Shown in pieces: positions 51,030 through 60,053 of a stretch of 64,000 bases of DNA. How positions within the stretch are numbered: the stretch's first letter is position 1; each line of letters opens with the position of its first letter. Below the pieces are notes generated by a model that saw only the letters and a list, made by a program, of their open reading frames with translations, did no database searches and was not told where the DNA came from. Both the position numbers and the translations under genes were made by a program. This stretch comes from Bacteroidota bacterium (GTDB lineage Bacteria; Bacteroidota; Bacteroidia; SXHM01): positions 4,441 through 68,440 of the forward strand of contig CANKAM010000015.1 of assembly GCA_947479755.1 (NCBI GenBank). The letters run 5' to 3'.

Positions 51030-52532
51030 CTATGACTGAAACTTACCTTTCAGCCATTTGTTGTAATTAATAACATCTGTATCGCTGCTGGTGTGCTGCT
51101 CTTCTTTAAGGAATTGAGCAACCTGCTCATTCAGCTTTTTATTCTTTTTAGTAATACCGTTTAGTGCTACATAACGAATGATTTCTATCAACTTCAGTTC
51201 GCGTTTATTTTCTTCGTTTTGTAACAGGTCTTTGTATTCTTTCTTTATCTGTGTGGTGCGGTAATCCAGGAATTCCATATCATCCAGTTCAAGACGGATA
51301 ATCAGTTCGGCAATGGCAATACGGAAACGTAATGAACGGTCTGCATTCTGATAACTCTTGTGCAGAAAAAGTTTGTTCAGGTTTTTTATCGAGTTTCGGT
51401 AATCACCTTTCTCGAAACGGAAGATGGCAAGATTGAGGTACACAAACACTTCGTAGAACGGTGTATTTTTCAGTTGCTCGTTGTTCTCTAATTGTTCAAG
51501 TATTTCAATGGCTTTATCAATATCAATTTTGGAGTAGTTAATCACCAATGAATTGTAGTAGAAGAACAAATACTTATCGTAATGCAAGCTGCCGAACTCT
51601 TCCATTGCAGCCTTCAGCTTTTCGGCATAGGAGAGGCTTTCCTGTATTTTTCCGTTTTTAAACAAGGTGTTCACGCTGTAGGTAAGCATCTGCAATTTGG
51701 TAAGATGATTCCCTTTGTTGAACAAATGCTCTTCTGTAAACTGGTTGTAGGTTGTTAAAAGATAATCTTCCAGGTTTTTATAATCATGGCGTTGTAACAA
51801 TACCTGACTAACAGCCTGATAAATTTTAAAACGAAGGGCAGGACTTTTTTTCAATTCATTGTCGTGCGAAAAATCATCAACCGTTTTGCTCAGCATTTCA
51901 ACAACGGGATTTTCGCCCGGTGAGAAATTTTGTGTTATTTTCAGTTTGTACTTTACTGCTGCCAGAATATCATCAATCTGTCGAATATCGTGCAGGCGAA
52001 CACTGTTTTCTTTGCGCAGTTTAATATAGGTTTCGGGGTTGATGGAAACCATCTCATGCGAAAGTTTGATGTATTCGCTGTAGATAATATCCAGCAACTC
52101 GTAGTTTTCCTGTGCTGTAGCTTTCTTCTCGGCCTTGCGGATAAAATGATACGCAACCGGGTAATTGTTGCGGTTAAAAAATAAATACGCCAGTGAAATT
52201 AATTGCAGGGTGTTAGATGCTTCGTCTTCGCCAAAATGCTGAAGCATTAAACTCTTGTTTACTTCTTCGGTCATCCGGTTCTTTAAACGGTAGAACGAAT
52301 TTTTTTCACCATCGGGATAAAGCTTCAGCGCTGCTTTATCTTCATCATAAGCTTCGCCTTTTTTGCGGATGTAATCAAAGAGCACCACATCTTTACGATC
52401 GCCTTCGGCAGTGTTGCGCGAAATATAGATTTTGAAGAACCGCAGTTCTTCTTTGGTCATGCTTTCTATAATACGGTTGATAATATCCACGGGTGCTAAA
52501 TTAAAAAAGAAAACTCCGCCATGCGAATGCAT
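51030..52532 (-). CDS. Hypothetical 500-aa all-alpha (TPR-like) protein immediately upstream of nadK
   Basis: It has no recognisable catalytic motif. It is Lys/Glu/Tyr-rich and helical, and lies 16 bp from nadK on the same strand. Confidence 0.35.
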   Translation of the reverse strand: MHSHGGVFFFNLAPVDIINRIIESMTKEELRFFKIYISRNTAEGDRKDVVLFDYIRKKGEAYDEDKAALKLYPDGEKNSFYRLKNRMTEEVNKSLMLQHFGEDEASNTLQLISLAYLFFNRNNYPVAYHFIRKAEKKATAQENYELLDIIYSEYIKLSHEMVSINPETYIKLRKENSVRLHDIRQIDDILAAVKYKLKITQNFSPGENPVVEMLSKTVDDFSHDNELKKSPALRFKIYQAVSQVLLQRHDYKNLEDYLLTTYNQFTEEHLFNKGNHLTKLQMLTYSVNTLFKNGKIQESLSYAEKLKAAMEEFGSLHYDKYLFFYYNSLVINYSKIDIDKAIEILEQLENNEQLKNTPFYEVFVYLNLAIFRFEKGDYRNSIKNLNKLFLHKSYQNADRSLRFRIAIAELIIRLELDDMEFLDYRTTQIKKEYKDLLQNEENKRELKLIEIIRYVALNGITKKNKKLNEQVAQFLKEEQHTSSDTDVINYNKWLKGKFQS

Positions 52533-52569
52533 AACGGAGCTTTCTTCACTCTAAAACCCACGTTGCCGT

Positions 52570-53133
52570 TTACTTCTGCGGAGGCAACAACACCGCATCA
52601 ATCACATATACCATACCGTTTGAAGCTTGAACAGCACCAAGTATATTGGCTCCGTTAATCTGCTTTTTTCCGTCTTTAATGGTAATGGTTGCTTTTCCAC
52701 CGTTAACCATTCCAAGCACCATTCCGTCTTTCAGATAATCTTCACGAAGAGCGCTGGTTGTTACATGGTACTCGAGAATGTTGGTTAAATCTTTTTTTGC
52801 TTCCGGTTTCAGCAAACCTTCTACGGTTCCTGCAGGCAAAGCATCAAACGCTGTGTTAACCGGAGCGAATACTGTAAACGGTCCTGCATTGGAAAGCACA
52901 TCAACCAAACCTGCAGCCTGAACTGCTGCAACCAGGGTTGTATGATCAGGTGAGCCAACTGCAACTTTTACAACGTCTTTTTGAGACATGTCGTCTTTAA
53001 CGGCAGATTGTCCTGCAAGCGGAGCACCTTGCTCACTGGTTGCTGATGTTGCTGCATTTTCATCGGGTGAACTGCAGGCGGCTACAAAAAAGCCTAATGC
53101 AATAATTTTTGTGATGGAAGAAATTGTTTTCAT
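52570..53133 (-). CDS. Fasciclin (FAS1) domain lipoprotein
   Basis: It has a lipobox (..LGFFVAACSS) and the FAS1 blocks ..GPFTVFAPVNTAFDALPAGTV.. and ..NGMVYVIDAVLLP. The ORF runs to 53214 and the likely start is MKTISS at 53133. Confidence 0.75.
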   Translation of the reverse strand: MKTISSITKIIALGFFVAACSSPDENAATSATSEQGAPLAGQSAVKDDMSQKDVVKVAVGSPDHTTLVAAVQAAGLVDVLSNAGPFTVFAPVNTAFDALPAGTVEGLLKPEAKKDLTNILEYHVTTSALREDYLKDGMVLGMVNGGKATITIKDGKKQINGANILGAVQASNGMVYVIDAVLLPPQK

Positions 53134-53219
53134 TTTTAAATAGTTTTTATGTTTATGGTTTCGGTGACAAATGTATTTTGCCATAATAACAGCAGTAATG
53201 AGTTTTGTCAGCAAAAAAT

Positions 53220-53244
53220 ATGATAATTATCAATAAAAAGACCT
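53220..53244 (-). promoter_or_regulatory. 25-bp conserved element containing a CRP/FNR-type TGAT-N4-ATCA palindrome, copy 1 (oriented toward the fasciclin gene)
   Basis: The sequence atgataattatcaataaaaagacct is 23/25 identical to the reverse complement of 54369-54393. The palindrome centre lies 51.5 nt from a TAcaTTTG -7 box (53168-53175, minus strand). Confidence 0.55.
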
Positions 53245-53336
53245 TATTGTCTTCTTTTCTTTGTGGCCGAAAAACTTATTGATTTAATTTCAAACAGGAA
53301 AGAAGCTTAACTCATTGATAATATAGAAATAAAAAT

Positions 53337-53798
53337 ATGGCTTACATCTTACAATCCGCTATGTTACTGTGCTGTATTGTTTTCATTGCAACCGGGTGCA
53401 ATGATAGTGCAGAATCAAAAAACAGTTCACCTCTATCAACCGGTAATTTTGTTTCAGAAAAAATAAACGGAAAATATACGGTTGACCGTGCTACATCTGA
53501 AGAGCTGAAAGTGATGGAAAATACAGTGATTAATTTTTCGCTTATGATAAAACGTCAGCCAACTAATCTGGCTGCTTATAATGAGTATGGCAACCTGCTG
53601 CAAAATCATATTGAACGCACCACAAACTATTGCGGTCTTGATAAAAATTCTAAAACCATACTTTGTAACAACCTGAATCTTATAAGTGAGAAAATTCCTG
53701 TGCTACAGCAAAATGATGTTGCTGCCGCAGCACAGGCAAGTAATGAAATCTATTTTCTTTTCTCAAAAATCGATTCTTCGTTTGCATTCCGCAACTAA
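53337..53798 (+). CDS. Hypothetical lipoprotein
   Basis: It has a signal with a Cys (..FIATGCNDS) and is 153 aa. It is upstream of, and co-oriented with, the Rrf2 regulator. Confidence 0.4.
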   Translation: MAYILQSAMLLCCIVFIATGCNDSAESKNSSPLSTGNFVSEKINGKYTVDRATSEELKVMENTVINFSLMIKRQPTNLAAYNEYGNLLQNHIERTTNYCGLDKNSKTILCNNLNLISEKIPVLQQNDVAAAAQASNEIYFLFSKIDSSFAFRN

Positions 53799-53818
53799 TA
53801 AATATTTTTGCAGACATT

Positions 53819-54256
53819 ATGATGTTCTCTAAAAGTTGCGAGTATGCCATTAAAGCAGTACTGCATTTATGTATTCATACCAAAGACGGAAGCAAACTGA
53901 GCATACACGAAATTGCTGAGGCCATAGAATCACCTGAGCCTTTTACGGCAAAAATTCTGCAAACGCTGGTAAAACATAAAATCATTTCATCATCAAAAGG
54001 TCCGGGTGGTGGCTTTTATATTGATAAAAAAGCTAAGCCCATTGTGGTAATGGATATTGTTGAAATCATTGATGGCAAACAGGCTTTTGAACGTTGCGGC
54101 CTTGGTTTAAAAAACTGCGATGCCAGCCACCCCTGCCCTATTCACAATGAATTTACAAGCTATTCAAACAAGCTCAAAAATTTGCTGGAAAAGAAAACCA
54201 TACAAGAGTTTTCGGATAGTATCATAGCAGGTAAATCATTTATATCTAATCTTTAG
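53819..54256 (+). CDS. Rrf2-family transcriptional regulator (NsrR/IscR-like, three-Cys Fe-S ligand set)
   Basis: It has an N-terminal wHTH (SKSCEYAIKAVLHL..) and C-x6-C-x5-C (CGLGLKNCDASHPC) typical of Fe-S-binding Rrf2 regulators. It is immediately upstream of the nos cluster. Confidence 0.8.
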   Translation: MMFSKSCEYAIKAVLHLCIHTKDGSKLSIHEIAEAIESPEPFTAKILQTLVKHKIISSSKGPGGGFYIDKKAKPIVVMDIVEIIDGKQAFERCGLGLKNCDASHPCPIHNEFTSYSNKLKNLLEKKTIQEFSDSIIAGKSFISNL

Positions 54257-54273
54257 TAATTATCTGGCATAAT

Positions 54274-54330
54274 CGTCATGCTGAACTTGTTTCAGCATCT
54301 CTGAGACCCTGAAACAAGTTCAGGGTGACG
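54274..54330. repeat. REP-like nested palindromic element, inverted-orientation copy of the 6063/7184 family
   Basis: The sequence is cgtcatgctgaacttgtttcagcatctctgagaccctgaaacaagttcagggtgacg. Confidence 0.7.
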
Positions 54331-54368
54331 TAGTGCAAACCTGTTTCCTTAATTAATAAAAGATAAAA

Positions 54369-54393
54369 AGGTCTTTTTATTGATATTAATCAT
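54369..54393 (+). promoter_or_regulatory. 25-bp conserved element with TTGAT-ATTA-ATCAT (CRP/FNR-type box), copy 2, upstream of nosC-nosZ
   Basis: The sequence is aggtctttttatTGATattaATCAt. The palindrome centre is 51.5 nt upstream of the -7 box at 54438. Confidence 0.55.
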
Positions 54394-54437
54394 GTTTTTG
54401 CCTGACCAACCTCATTATCTCCCGCTTAAAGAGCGGC

Positions 54438-54445
54438 TACTTTTG
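54438..54445 (+). promoter_or_regulatory. Bacteroidete sigma-A -7 promoter element (TAnnTTTG) for nosC-nosZ
   Basis: TACTTTTG lies 23 nt upstream of the nosC ATG. Confidence 0.5.
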
Positions 54446-54468
54446 TCCCGTAATCAAAAACTATCTAT

Positions 54469-54984
54469 ATGAAAAACTCAATATTTAAACTCATTACAGG
54501 AAGCATACTGGCAACAGCAATTGCACTGATAGCAAGCTGTTCAGGAAATGAAACCACCAACACTTCGGGCACAGCACCTGAAAGCATGATGAACAAACCG
54601 GCAGCTGATAATGGCGAAGGAATTGGAAAATTCAGTGGAGTAACATTAGCAGCATTTGATGCTGCAGTTGCAGCATCGGGTAAAACAGTATTTGAAACCA
54701 AATGCTCTGCCTGCCACAAAATAACAGAACAAAAAATTGTAGGTCCGGGACTAAAAGGCGTAACACAACGCAGGAAGCCAACCTGGATTTTAAATATGAT
54801 TACCAATCCTGAAGAAATGACAAAGAAAGATCCGCAGGCAATGAAACTGCTGGAAGAACACCTTACCCAAATGACGTTCCAGAATGTAACCGATGATGAG
54901 GCAAAAGCCATTCTCGAATACTTGAGAGAAATTGATGGAGCGGGTGGTGACACAGACGATGATAAAACCGATGATAAAGACTAA
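54469..54984 (+). CDS. Lipoprotein mono-haem c-type cytochrome (NosC-like electron donor of clade II NosZ)
   Basis: It has a lipobox (LIASCSG), the haem site CSACHK, and an acidic C-terminal tail. It is immediately upstream of nosZ. Confidence 0.75.
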   Translation: MKNSIFKLITGSILATAIALIASCSGNETTNTSGTAPESMMNKPAADNGEGIGKFSGVTLAAFDAAVAASGKTVFETKCSACHKITEQKIVGPGLKGVTQRRKPTWILNMITNPEEMTKKDPQAMKLLEEHLTQMTFQNVTDDEAKAILEYLREIDGAGGDTDDDKTDDKD

Positions 54985-55023
54985 GAAAAACAATAAATAA
55001 AAACCAATCAAAACCAGTTAACA

Positions 55024-57006
55024 ATGAAAACAATCACATTAAAATCAATTGGAATATTTGCCTCCTGCATAGCAGCGGCAGGTATTATCAGCAGTTGCAA
55101 ACCCAAAAAGGTTGACTCTGCTTTATCCGGTGACGCAGCAGCAAAAGTTTATGTTGCACCCGGAAAATACGATGAGATTTACTTGTTTACCTCAGGCGGC
55201 TTCAGCGGACAGGTAGGCGTTTATGGTATTCCATCAGGACGCATGCTCAAACAGGTTCCTGTATTTTCTATGGATGCAGAAACAGGCTGGGGATACAGCG
55301 AAGAAACAAAACCAATGCTGATGACCTCACATGGTTTTGTTCCATGGGATGATAGTCACCACCCGCAACTTTCACGCACCGAAGGGCAGGATGACGGACG
55401 TTGGTTATTTATTAATGCCAACAACACTCCGCGTATTGCACGTTTAGACTTAGGTGTTTTTAAAACACGCGAAATTATTGAGTTGCCTAATACAGGTGGA
55501 AACCATGCTTCGCCTTTCACTACTCAGAATACCGAGTATGTAGTTGGCGCATCACGTTTTTCTGTTCCTTACGACAAACAAGGTGACGAAGCAATTGCCG
55601 AGTATAAAGACAAATTCAAAGGCACCATTTCTTTCATTAAAGTGGACAAAGAGACAGGAAGAATGAATCTTAATTTTCAGTTGCTGGTTCCCGGAGTTGA
55701 CTACGATTTGGCTCGTGCAGGTAAAGCAGTTTCTGACGGATGGGTGTTTTTCAGCTGCTATAACAGCGAAAAAGCGCACTCCTTATTAGAAGTAAATGCT
55801 TCGCAACGCGATAAAGATTTTATAATGGCGGTGAACTGGAAAAAAGCAGAAGAATATCTGGCAGCCGGTAAAGGACAAAAATGGTCTGCTAATTATGCAC
55901 ACAATGTGTATGACGAAAAAACACATACAGCAACAACTACTATGGAAAAAGAAGTTACTGTGTTGGATGTAAAAGATTTGCCGGGAGTATGTTATTTTAT
56001 TCCTTGTCCTAAATCACCACATGGTTGCGATGTTGACCCTACAGGCGAATATATCTGCGCATCAGGTAAACTGGCTGCTGTAATTCCGGTTTATTCATTC
56101 AGCAAAATGATAAAAGCGATTGAAGCAAAAGACTTTGAAGGAGATTATGACGGAGTTCCTGTAATAAAATACGAAGCTGCTCTTGATGGTGAAGTTGAGC
56201 GTCCGGGACTTGGTCCGCTACACACTGAGTTTGACGCAAACGGAAATGCTTACACATCATTCTTCGTTTCTTCAGAAATTGTGAAATGGAATGTTAAAAC
56301 CAAACAGGTTATTGATCGCGTTCCTACTTACTATTCAATCGGTCACCTTTGTGTGCCAATGGGCGATAACATTACTCCTTACGGAAAGTATGTAATTGCA
56401 TTGAATAAAATTACCAAAGACCGTTACCTGCCTACCGGTCCTGAGTTAACACAATCAGCGCAGTTGTATTCTATTGAAGGCGAAAAAATGCAATTGTTGC
56501 TTGACTTCCCTACTATCGGTGAGCCGCACTATGCTCAGGCTTGTCCTGCAGAGATTGTGCGCAAACACGAAGTGAAGTTTTATAAACTGGAAGAAAACAA
56601 CCATGCTTATGTTGCAAAAAATGAGAAAGACGCAAAAGTTGTGCGCAACGGCAACGATGTGCATATTTATGCAACAGCTATCCGTTCACACTTTACACCT
56701 GATAATATTGAAGGTGTTAAAGTTGGCGACAATGTATATTTCCACCTTACCAATCTTGAACAGGATTGGGATGTACCACATGGATTTTCAATTAAAGGTG
56801 CTAACAATTCAGAGTTGTTGATACTGCCGGGCGAAACACAAACACTGAAATGGGTACCGGACAGAGCAGGTGTATTTCCAATGTATTGCACCGACTTTTG
56901 TTCTGCACTGCATCAGGAAATGCAAGGATACATTCGCGTATCTCCTGCGGGCAGCAATCCAACGTTAAAATACTCAACCGGAGAGGAAGCAGTTTCTGCA
57001 AAATAG
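55024..57006 (+). CDS. nosZ: Sec-dependent (clade II) nitrous-oxide reductase
   Basis: It has a Sec signal rather than Tat, the 7-bladed propeller CuZ region with conserved His blocks, and a C-terminal cupredoxin CuA site (..CTDFCSALHQEM..). The length is 660 aa. Confidence 0.93.
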   Translation: MKTITLKSIGIFASCIAAAGIISSCKPKKVDSALSGDAAAKVYVAPGKYDEIYLFTSGGFSGQVGVYGIPSGRMLKQVPVFSMDAETGWGYSEETKPMLMTSHGFVPWDDSHHPQLSRTEGQDDGRWLFINANNTPRIARLDLGVFKTREIIELPNTGGNHASPFTTQNTEYVVGASRFSVPYDKQGDEAIAEYKDKFKGTISFIKVDKETGRMNLNFQLLVPGVDYDLARAGKAVSDGWVFFSCYNSEKAHSLLEVNASQRDKDFIMAVNWKKAEEYLAAGKGQKWSANYAHNVYDEKTHTATTTMEKEVTVLDVKDLPGVCYFIPCPKSPHGCDVDPTGEYICASGKLAAVIPVYSFSKMIKAIEAKDFEGDYDGVPVIKYEAALDGEVERPGLGPLHTEFDANGNAYTSFFVSSEIVKWNVKTKQVIDRVPTYYSIGHLCVPMGDNITPYGKYVIALNKITKDRYLPTGPELTQSAQLYSIEGEKMQLLLDFPTIGEPHYAQACPAEIVRKHEVKFYKLEENNHAYVAKNEKDAKVVRNGNDVHIYATAIRSHFTPDNIEGVKVGDNVYFHLTNLEQDWDVPHGFSIKGANNSELLILPGETQTLKWVPDRAGVFPMYCTDFCSALHQEMQGYIRVSPAGSNPTLKYSTGEEAVSAK

Positions 57007-57016
57007 GTTGAGCCTT

Positions 57017-57052
57017 GAAAAGGGGAGGGAGGGTTTACCTCCCCTTTTTTTT
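57017..57052 (+). terminator. Rho-independent terminator/attenuator directly after nosZ
   Basis: The sequence aaaaggggagggagggtttacctcccctttttttt is a GC stem followed by a U8 run. Downstream nos accessory genes continue on the same strand. Confidence 0.6.
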
Positions 57053-57073
57053 AACTTTCTAAAAATAAAAATT

Positions 57074-57649
57074 ATGAAAACCATCAAACCTTTTCTTAGG
57101 GTAGTGCTATTGCTATGTGCTGTTGCAATGGTTGCCTCTCTCAAATTTCCGGTATGGAAAATTATTCTTGAAGCACCCCAATACCCTGAAGGGCTAAAAA
57201 TGGAAATTTGGTCAAACAAAATTGCTGGGGATGTTGATAAAATAAATGGGTTAAACCATTACATTGGAATGGGTGTTATTTTGGATGAAAATTTTCCTGA
57301 ACTAAAAATTATTCCTTATTGTGTAGTAATAATGGGGATATTGGGTCTGCTGGTAGCTGCCACAGGAAAAAGATGGGCATTATGGCTCTTTGTTATTTAT
57401 CAATTTATTTTTGGGGCCTGGGGTATGTATCGTTTCTGGTATTGGGAATATGAATATGGACACAATCTTGACCCGCATGCTGCCATAAAAATTGAAGGCA
57501 TGGCTTATCAACCTCCACTATTAGGTTGGAAGCAATTACTAAATTTTGTTGCAGGCTCTTTCCCTGATACCGGTGGTTTACTTGTAATTATTCCATCGGT
57601 TATTATAGTCTTAATATTGCTTTACGAGCAATTCTTCAGAAAAAACTAA
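57074..57649 (+). CDS. NosB-like integral membrane protein of clade II nos clusters
   Basis: It has four or five TM helices, a W/Y-rich region (YRFWYWEYEYGHNLDPH), and lies between nosZ and nosL. The ORF opens at 57008 and the ATG is at 57074. Confidence 0.5.
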   Translation: MKTIKPFLRVVLLLCAVAMVASLKFPVWKIILEAPQYPEGLKMEIWSNKIAGDVDKINGLNHYIGMGVILDENFPELKIIPYCVVIMGILGLLVAATGKRWALWLFVIYQFIFGAWGMYRFWYWEYEYGHNLDPHAAIKIEGMAYQPPLLGWKQLLNFVAGSFPDTGGLLVIIPSVIIVLILLYEQFFRKN

Positions 57650-57676
57650 TTATCTTACCAGCTTAATTCATCAATC

Positions 57677-58108
57677 ATGAGTAAGATTAGTGCGTTCATT
57701 TCAGTTGTATGCATATTTATTGTTTCGTGTTCTACCGAACCACAACCAATTAACTTTGGAAAAGATTTATGCGCACATTGCAGCATGACAATCATGGATA
57801 AGAAATTTGGTGCTGAAATGGTAAACTCAAAAGGAAAAGCATTAAAATTTGATTCAGGTGAATGCATGGTGAACTACATAAATTCAGAAACAAAATTTGA
57901 AGCCGCACAATACCTTATTGTAAATTACACTTCAGAAGGCGAATTGATAAAAGCAGAAGAAGCATTTTTTCTTCATGGAGGCAATGTAAATAGTCCCATG
58001 GGTGGAAATCTTGCTGCATTCAACACCAAAGCAGATGCAGAAAAAATGCAGGCTGAGCTTGGCGGTGATTTGATGTTGTGGAACGATGTTAAGAAAATTG
58101 ACTTTTGA
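57677..58108 (+). CDS. nosL: Copper chaperone lipoprotein NosL
   Basis: It has a lipobox (FIVSCST) and the NosL copper-binding pattern CAHCSM..M. It is about 140 aa. Confidence 0.75.
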   Translation: MSKISAFISVVCIFIVSCSTEPQPINFGKDLCAHCSMTIMDKKFGAEMVNSKGKALKFDSGECMVNYINSETKFEAAQYLIVNYTSEGELIKAEEAFFLHGGNVNSPMGGNLAAFNTKADAEKMQAELGGDLMLWNDVKKIDF

Positions 58109-59343
58109 AAACGCTTGTATTATCTTGTCTCCTGCTTCTTGTCTTCTGCTTCTTTTCCGAAGCAAAAACAATTGTGGTCTGTCCCGATTGCAAGGTAAAA
58201 CAACTAACCGAAGCACTTGATTTAGCTGCTGATTACGACACCATTCTTATAAAAAAAGGCATCTACAGTTCGGTAAACACCGAAATAAAAAAGCAGGTTG
58301 TTATTATGGGAGAGAACTACCCAATAATTGACGGACAAGAAAAAGATGAAGTGCTGGTAGTGAAAGCAGATAACGTTACCCTTTCGGGTCTATGGGTAAA
58401 AAACTCTAAACGTGGGAGCATGAAAGATTACGCGGGAATAAGAGTAGTTGATTCGCGCAACGTGAAAATAATTAACTGCAAACTAGAGAATACTTTTTTC
58501 GGAATATACCTTGCTAATTCTAAGAACTGCCTGATAAGCGGCAACCACAGCAAAGGTGCTAACTACGGCAAGAGCGATACCGGAAACGGTGTTCAGTTAT
58601 GGAAATGCGACAGTATCACAATTGAGAACAACCACATGGAAGGACACCGTGATGGTATCTATTTTGAGTTTGCGCATTTTTGTTTGATTGAAAAGAACCT
58701 TTGCGAAAAAAATTTCCGCTATGGTTTGCACTTCATGTTTTCAGACAGTGATATATACCGTCAAAATACTTTTCAGAATAACGGAACAGGTGTAGCTGTG
58801 ATGTACACTAAAAACGTTGAAATGTATGACAACATTTTTCGAAATAACTGGGGCGATGCGGCATACGGTTTGCTTTTAAAAGATATCAGCAACAGCATTA
58901 TTGAAAGGAATACATTTACCAATAACACCGTTGGTGTAACCATGGAAGGTTCAAACAGGATAACCTTTTCTAAAAACAATTTTGCTTCCAACGGTTATGC
59001 ATTGAAGGTCATGGCAAACTGCATTGGTGATACATTTATGTATAATAATTTTACGGCAAACACCTTTGATGCTGCCACCAATGGCGAGCTGCGCGAAAAC
59101 AGTTTCAAGTATAATTACTGGGATAAATACGAGGGCTATGATTTAAACCGTGATAAAATCGGTGACATTCCCTTTCGCCCCGTAAGTCTTTATTCCATGA
59201 TAATTGAGCAAATGCCTTATGCCGTAATGCTTCTGCGTAGTTTTACGGTTGAAATTTTAAACCGTGCTGAAAAAAGTATTCCCGGAATTGTTCCCGAAAC
59301 ATTTCAGGATTATGAACCCATGATGAAACCAAACGTTTTATGA
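58105..59343 (+). CDS. nosD: Nitrous-oxide reductase maturation protein NosD (periplasmic right-handed beta-helix)
   Basis: It has parallel beta-helix repeats (..NN.I.N... many times). It is 412 aa and overlaps nosL and nosF by 4 nt each. Confidence 0.88.
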   Translation: MKTLVLSCLLLLVFCFFSEAKTIVVCPDCKVKQLTEALDLAADYDTILIKKGIYSSVNTEIKKQVVIMGENYPIIDGQEKDEVLVVKADNVTLSGLWVKNSKRGSMKDYAGIRVVDSRNVKIINCKLENTFFGIYLANSKNCLISGNHSKGANYGKSDTGNGVQLWKCDSITIENNHMEGHRDGIYFEFAHFCLIEKNLCEKNFRYGLHFMFSDSDIYRQNTFQNNGTGVAVMYTKNVEMYDNIFRNNWGDAAYGLLLKDISNSIIERNTFTNNTVGVTMEGSNRITFSKNNFASNGYALKVMANCIGDTFMYNNFTANTFDAATNGELRENSFKYNYWDKYEGYDLNRDKIGDIPFRPVSLYSMIIEQMPYAVMLLRSFTVEILNRAEKSIPGIVPETFQDYEPMMKPNVL

Positions 59344-60053
59344 TTCGAACCGAACGACTGGAAAAAAGTTTTGGTAAACTACATGTTCTGAAAGGGATTG
59401 ATGTTGAATTTAAAGCAGGACAGGTGGTGAGTGTTATCGGACACAACGGTTCCGGAAAAACCACGCTTATCAAATGTATTCTGGGAATGGTGCTGGCAGA
59501 TAAAGGCAACATCTATGTTGACGAAAAAAGTATTGCAGGAGATTTTCGCTACCGCGAAAACATCGGCTATATGCCGCAAATAGGGCATTATCCTGAGAAC
59601 ATGAAAATCGGGCAGATATTCAGGATGATGAAAGACCTGCGTAAAAATGCAGACGTGCTGGATGAAAGTTTAATGGAAGAATACAAACTTTCTGAACTTT
59701 TTGAAAAACCAATGCACGCCCTTTCGGGAGGAACAACACAGAAAGTAAGTGCATCACTTGCATTTTTATTTAATCCCAAGGTGCTGATTTTAGATGAACC
59801 CACAGCAGGACTTGACCCTTTGGCTGCTGAGATTTTAAAAACAAAAATTATAGAAGCAAAGAGTAAAGGAAAGCTGGTTATCATTACCTCACACATTATG
59901 AGTGAGGTAGAAGAAATGGCGGATACTGTAATGTATTTGTATGAAGGGAAAGTGAATTTCTACAATTCAGTTACCGAATTAAAAAAACAAACCGGTGAAG
60001 AAAAAGTCGGAAAAGCAATTGCTAAAATCATGAAAGAATCAGCGCATGTTTAA
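59340..60053 (+). CDS. nosF: ABC transporter ATP-binding protein NosF
   Basis: It has Walker A (GHNGSGKTT), the signature LSGGTTQK, and Walker B (LILDEPT). Confidence 0.88.
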   Translation: MIRTERLEKSFGKLHVLKGIDVEFKAGQVVSVIGHNGSGKTTLIKCILGMVLADKGNIYVDEKSIAGDFRYRENIGYMPQIGHYPENMKIGQIFRMMKDLRKNADVLDESLMEEYKLSELFEKPMHALSGGTTQKVSASLAFLFNPKVLILDEPTAGLDPLAAEILKTKIIEAKSKGKLVIITSHIMSEVEEMADTVMYLYEGKVNFYNSVTELKKQTGEEKVGKAIAKIMKESAHV

